Shown here in pieces: positions 32,986-35,767 of a stretch of DNA of 35,767 nucleotides; the first letter of the stretch is position 1, and each line of letters begins with the position of its first letter. A model generated the notes under the pieces. The model did no database searches, was not told where the DNA came from, and saw only the letters and a list, made by a program, of their open reading frames with translations. The translations under genes were made by a program, and so were the position numbers. Source of the DNA: a virus. Location of the stretch: positions 1 through 35,767 of the IMG/VR virus record IMGVR_UViG_3300000563_000001. The stretch is one strand, 5' to 3'.

Positions 32986-33248
32986 TGTTAAGTAGAAGTC
33001 AGGTGAAGAGGGTGTTAGATTGCCCCTCTAAGCCACTTTTAATTCTAGCTTTGGAATTGGTCAATCTTAAAGAAAAAGAACGTGTAGCGATAGAATATGT
33101 GGACATTAAAGGCTATACAGAAGAACAGACAGCAGAGATTTTAAATATAAGTAGAAGTAGTATCACTAAATATAGGAAAAATGCTTATAATAAAATGGGA
33201 AAAGTGTGGGAAAAAGAAAAATCGATAAAAACAATTTTGGAGGGTTAG
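32985..33248 (+). CDS. Sigma-70 region-4-like HTH protein (87 aa; a late-regulator candidate)
   Basis: LKEKERVAIEYVDIKGYTEEQTAEILNISRSSITKYRKNAYNKM is a typical sigma r4 / YlxM-like HTH. No region 2 is present. Confidence 0.6.
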   Translation: MLSRSQVKRVLDCPSKPLLILALELVNLKEKERVAIEYVDIKGYTEEQTAEILNISRSSITKYRKNAYNKMGKVWEKEKSIKTILEG

Positions 33249-33268
33249 CAAATAACCTTCTTTTTTTA
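33241..33268 (+). terminator. Rho-independent terminator closing the late operon
   Basis: agggtta/taacctt stem (one G-U), 5-nt loop, then TTCTTTTTTTATT. Confidence 0.6.
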
Positions 33269-33281
33269 TTCCTTATAACTG

Positions 33282-33327
33282 AATAAATATACAAAGTAAA
33301 CGCTTAAATAGCAAATAAATATACAAA
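33282..33327 (+). repeat. Two direct copies of AATAAATATACAAA, 32 bp apart
   Basis: Read directly at 33282-33295 and 33314-33327, between the terminator and cassette copy D. Confidence 0.7.
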
Positions 33328-33335
33328 AAATCCAT

Positions 33336-33471
33336 CTGACAACTTGTAAAATCGGAGCAGTTTTCAGAGAAAAAGTGCTTTCGCAAATTTACTAAAGAAT
33401 TGCTTTAAATAGCATGTTTGAATATGATTTGATGCCAATAAAATTATAAATGTACTCTTATATATAAATAT
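33336..33471 (+). repeat. Intergenic cassette copy D (core), forward orientation
   Basis: CTGACAACTTGTAAAATCGGAGCAGTTTTCAGAGAAAAAGTGCTTTCGC...GCTTTAAATAGCA...CTCTTATATATAAATAT. Confidence 0.85.
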
Positions 33472-33552
33472 TATTTTATTTTTTTATTTTTTTAATAATG
33501 TATAAATTTAATGTATATCACTTTTCTAAATTAATCTCCTTCGGCTAGGTAG

Positions 33553-33581
33553 TTGACAATGTGACCACATTGGTATATAAT
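33553..33581 (+). promoter_or_regulatory. Box promoter TTGACA-a[TGTGACCACA]ttggta-TATAAT
   Basis: Consensus hexamers with an exact 17-bp spacer. The box is at 33560-33569. Confidence 0.8.
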
Positions 33582-33613
33582 TAAGACAATAAATAATTTA
33601 GGGGGAAAATAAA

Positions 33614-33781
33614 ATGGAAAACAACAATAATAATGATTTAACTAAAGATGATTTTATTCACATGAGAATTAATAAAGAACTTAAAGCAAGAGCTATAAAA
33701 GTTGCAAAAGCTAATTACACAGATTTAACACAAATGGTTACTGATTGTTTAGTTAAAATAGTAAAAGAAAATAATGTATAG
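33614..33781 (+). CDS. Ribbon-helix-helix (Arc/CopG-like) DNA-binding protein (55 aa)
   Basis: The pattern HMRINKELKARAIKVAKANYTDLTQMVTDCLVKIV fits beta strand, helix, N.T turn, helix. GGGGGA SD. It is the first gene after the box promoter and is below the ORF-track cutoff. Confidence 0.55.
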   Translation: MENNNNNDLTKDDFIHMRINKELKARAIKVAKANYTDLTQMVTDCLVKIVKENNV

Positions 33782-33794
33782 AGGTGGTTATAAA

Positions 33795-33959
33795 ATGAAA
33801 AATATGAAAGAACTTTTTGAAAATATAGAAAAATGTGATTATAAATGTATTGCTGGAGATTTAGAAAATAATATTGATTATATAGAAATTAAAAAAAGAT
33901 TTTATGAATTAGAAGAAACTTTAAATTTATTAGTCGGTGTAACATTTTCTAATAAATAA
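33795..33959 (+). CDS. Hypothetical small protein (54 aa; start trimmed)
   Basis: The ATG at 33795 is 7 nt after GAGGTGG. Confidence 0.55.
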   Translation: MKNMKELFENIEKCDYKCIAGDLENNIDYIEIKKRFYELEETLNLLVGVTFSNK

Positions 33960-33998
33960 CATATAATAAAGTATAAAGAAAAATAAGGAGTGTTAAAA

Positions 33999-34160
33999 AT
34001 GGATTGTAAACAAGAATTAGTAAATCAAATAAAGAAAACTTTTAAAGGTATAGATAATCCAGTAGCATATTCAAATTATTTAACTAATTTATGTACTAGA
34101 GAATATTTAAAATTAAGTTCAATGAATGAAATTATAGCATGTAAGGAGATAGAACAATAA
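33999..34160 (+). CDS. Hypothetical small protein (53 aa)
   Basis: ATG 8 nt after AAGGAG. Below the ORF-track cutoff. Confidence 0.5.
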   Translation: MDCKQELVNQIKKTFKGIDNPVAYSNYLTNLCTREYLKLSSMNEIIACKEIEQ

Positions 34161-34261
34161 TGAAGATGACTAAAGAAGAGTTTATGGCTCAATATTATAA
34201 AGACCAAGAAAAGAAGAAAAATGATAAAATAAAGGCTGAAAAAGAAATTGGCTGTAGTTGA
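34160..34261 (+). CDS. Hypothetical small protein (33 aa)
   Basis: TAATG overlap with the previous ORF. AAGGAG lies 12 nt upstream. Confidence 0.4.
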   Translation: MKMTKEEFMAQYYKDQEKKKNDKIKAEKEIGCS

Positions 34262-34286
34262 TTTATGTTAATTAAAGTGATATAAT
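34258..34286 (+). promoter_or_regulatory. Promoter TTGATT-17-TATAAT with a TG extension
   Basis: Hexamers at 34258-34263 and 34281-34286. gTGaTATAAT is an extended -10. Confidence 0.65.
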
Positions 34287-34292
34287 ATACAC

Positions 34293-34375
34293 ATACATTA
34301 AGATTTTTTTATTAAAAAATTATTCTCCAAAATTTTTATTTTTCTTATGAAGAGGTTGACCCCTCTTCTTTTTTT
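34293..34375 (+). ncRNA. Candidate sRNA of about 80 nt, or a terminator-containing leader
   Basis: It is bounded by the promoter at 34258-34286 and the terminator at 34349-34375. No SD-preceded ORF lies inside. It contains a UUAUUCUCC tract. Confidence 0.3.
34349..34375 (+). terminator. Rho-independent terminator
   Basis: gaagagg/cctcttc stem, 6-nt loop ttgacc, then T7. Confidence 0.8.
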
Positions 34376-34483
34376 ATGCTCAAAATTACTAATAAATTAC
34401 TCAAATTTCGCTCTAAATTAATACAGACTTTTATTTTGTAAGTGATAAAATTATAGTAAAGAGAAAAATAAGGAGGATATAAA

Positions 34484-34927
34484 ATGGCTTTAGGATATAA
34501 CAATTATGGCGGGTATAATGCTTATACAGCACAAGCAAATCCATACGGAAGTCCAAATATTCAGCAACAAATGCAACAATTACAACAAATGCAACAGCCT
34601 CAACAACAGTTTCAACCTCAACAACAAAGCGTAAATATTTTACAAGGTCAACAAGTTGCAGATTTAGAAACAGTTAGGGGATTTAATATTCCATTAGATG
34701 GAACAATTACTTATTTTCCAGCTACTACAGGAAATATTATATATACAAAACAATTGCAACTTGACGGAACGGTAGCATTAAGAACTTATAAATTAACAGA
34801 AAATAAAGAAGAAACCAAAAAAGATAATATAGATTTAGATGAATATGTAAAAAAAGACGAATTTAATAAAGTAAAAGGAGTTTTAGATTCGTTATTGGAA
34901 AACCTAGGAGGTGCAAAAAATGAATAA
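34484..34927 (+). CDS. Protein with a Q-rich (prion-like composition) N-terminus and a small beta-rich C-terminal domain (147 aa)
   Basis: ORF track; AAGGAGGA SD. The N-terminus contains NIQQQMQQLQQMQQPQQQFQPQQQ. Confidence 0.7.
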   Translation: MALGYNNYGGYNAYTAQANPYGSPNIQQQMQQLQQMQQPQQQFQPQQQSVNILQGQQVADLETVRGFNIPLDGTITYFPATTGNIIYTKQLQLDGTVALRTYKLTENKEETKKDNIDLDEYVKKDEFNKVKGVLDSLLENLGGAKNE

Positions 34928-35153
34928 TGTTAATCCGATGCAAATGCTCATGAATATAGTCATGGGTGGGGGTCAAATAAATCCTAATCAAATAATGGGA
35001 ATGTTTGGAAATAGTCCACAAATGCAACAAGCACAAAACATGATGAACAGCGGTAATGACCCTAAACAAATCATAGCTAATATAGCTAAACAAAAAGGTA
35101 TTGACCAAAATCAATTAAATCAAATGGCAAGTAAGTTTGGTATTAAGCTTTAA
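34920..35153 (+). CDS. M/N/Q-rich small protein (77 aa; start trimmed)
   Basis: The ATG at 34920 is 8 nt after AGGAGG. It overlaps the previous stop. Confidence 0.6.
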   Translation: MNNVNPMQMLMNIVMGGGQINPNQIMGMFGNSPQMQQAQNMMNSGNDPKQIIANIAKQKGIDQNQLNQMASKFGIKL

Positions 35154-35201
35154 AAAGCTTTAATATAAATAAATATTTTTTTAAATATAGGAGGAGGTAA
35201 A

Positions 35202-35767
35202 ATGGCTATGGCTGATTTACAAGGAATAATTCCAACAATGGACGTAAAAGGTGGCAATGATGGTTTCGGTGGCGGTAATGGCTCTTGGGTACTTTTATTA
35301 TTCTTTTTACTAGCGATGGGTGGTAATGGTTTTGGAGGAAATGGAAACGCAAGAGGTGAAATTTCAAACGACTTTTTATACACAAACTTAAGTCAGGGAC
35401 TAAACACTGATTTCTTACAAATTTCTAATCAAAACATGCAAACATCAAGAGATGTATGTTCAGGATTCGCAGGAGTAAACGCAAGTATTGCAGAAAATAG
35501 ATTCGCAGGTCAACAATGTTGTTGTGAAACTAATAGAAATATTGATTCGGTAAAATTTGAAAACTTAAATAATACTAGGGACATAATAGCAAACGCAACT
35601 GCTAACACTCAAGCTATACTTGACAAAATGTGTGCTACAGAAGTACAAAACTTAAGAGATGAATTAAATGAAACTAGAAGACGAGCAGACATATGTTCTC
35701 AAAATGATATGTTAATATCTAACTTAAGACCATTCCCAGTACCTGCATATCCTAGTTGTTCACCATA
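35202..35767 (+). CDS. 5' part of the wrap-around ORF (total about 223 aa): Gly/Asn-rich flanks around one TM helix, then a Cys-rich (9 Cys) C-terminal domain
   Basis: The ATG at 35202 follows AGGAGGAGG. There is no stop before the contig end, so the ORF track missed it. The sequence reads GGNDGFGGGNGSWVLLLFFLLAMGGNGFGGNGN...QQCCCE... and continues at 66..108. Confidence 0.8.
   Translation, partial: MAMADLQGIIPTMDVKGGNDGFGGGNGSWVLLLFFLLAMGGNGFGGNGNARGEISNDFLYTNLSQGLNTDFLQISNQNMQTSRDVCSGFAGVNASIAENRFAGQQCCCETNRNIDSVKFENLNNTRDIIANATANTQAILDKMCATEVQNLRDELNETRRRADICSQNDMLISNLRPFPVPAYPSCSP
35703..35767. repeat. Terminal overlap, identical to 1-65
   Basis: Read directly. Confidence 0.95.

Noticed and set aside
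3097-33471. Whether the four dispersed repeats could be a CRISPR array or the inverted repeats of a transposon.
   Set aside because: The copies are 9-15 kb apart, about 136 bp long, diverged and in mixed orientation. There are no short regular spacers, no cas or transposase genes and no target-site duplications.
34356-34361. The terminator loop TTGACC at 34356-34361 as a third terminator-embedded -35.
   Set aside because: No -10-like hexamer follows at 16-18 bp (the sequence there is CTCAAA), unlike the two TGGTATAAT cases.
35150-35383. A Pro-rich 77-aa minus-strand ORF.
   Set aside because: It is the antisense image of the Gly-rich part of the wrap-around + strand ORF (GGN codons read as NCC, giving Pro). 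There is no SD.

Overview
The window is a complete, circularly closed genome of a very AT-rich siphovirus-type dsDNA phage. Bases 1-65 are identical to 35703-35767, leaving 35,702 unique bp. The host is probably a low-GC, spore-forming Firmicute (Clostridium-like), judging from composition, the SH3-type amidase endolysin and a SpoIIP homologue; this is inference. All genes are on the + strand except one three-gene operon.

Module map:
- 33.6 kb, across the junction, to 3.0 kb: small and low-complexity genes. These are an RHH protein, Q-rich, M/N/Q-rich, Gly-rich/TM/Cys-rich and Cys-rich proteins, and two fibre-like paralogues.
- 3.3-12.4 kb: early replication/recombination genes. These are a primase-helicase fusion, Gp157-like, ERF, an ERCC4-like nuclease and SSB, followed by a DUF4230-like membrane protein and a SpoIIP-family amidase.
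- 12.8-17.3 kb: terS, terL, portal, MuF/SPP1-gp7-like and gp10-like genes.
- 17.3-18.2 kb: an antisense three-gene operon.
- 18.7-33.2 kb: scaffold, major capsid, connectors, major tail, chaperones with a T_TTT_TTT -1 frameshift, an 850-aa tape measure, Dit, Tal, receptor-binding protein, amidase endolysin, holin, XhlA-like protein and a sigma region-4-only protein.
- I could not recognise an integrase, CI/Cro repressor, partition genes, tRNA or CRISPR array.

The most unusual content is non-coding regulatory architecture:
- A roughly 136-160 bp cassette is present in four diverged copies, in alternating orientation, in the four largest intergenic gaps.
- Three near-consensus promoters share the spacer box TGTGACCACA, and each lies 88-131 bp downstream of a cassette copy.
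- Two intrinsic terminators carry in their hairpin loop the -35 of an overlapping TGGTATAAT promoter.
- About seven early promoters share an extended GTGTTGACA box.
- A Gram-positive LexA-box-like palindrome lies next to the late regulatory region.
- An orphan promoter-terminator pair could encode an sRNA or act as a leader.

All functional calls rest on motifs read by eye, gene order and size. No database search was run.
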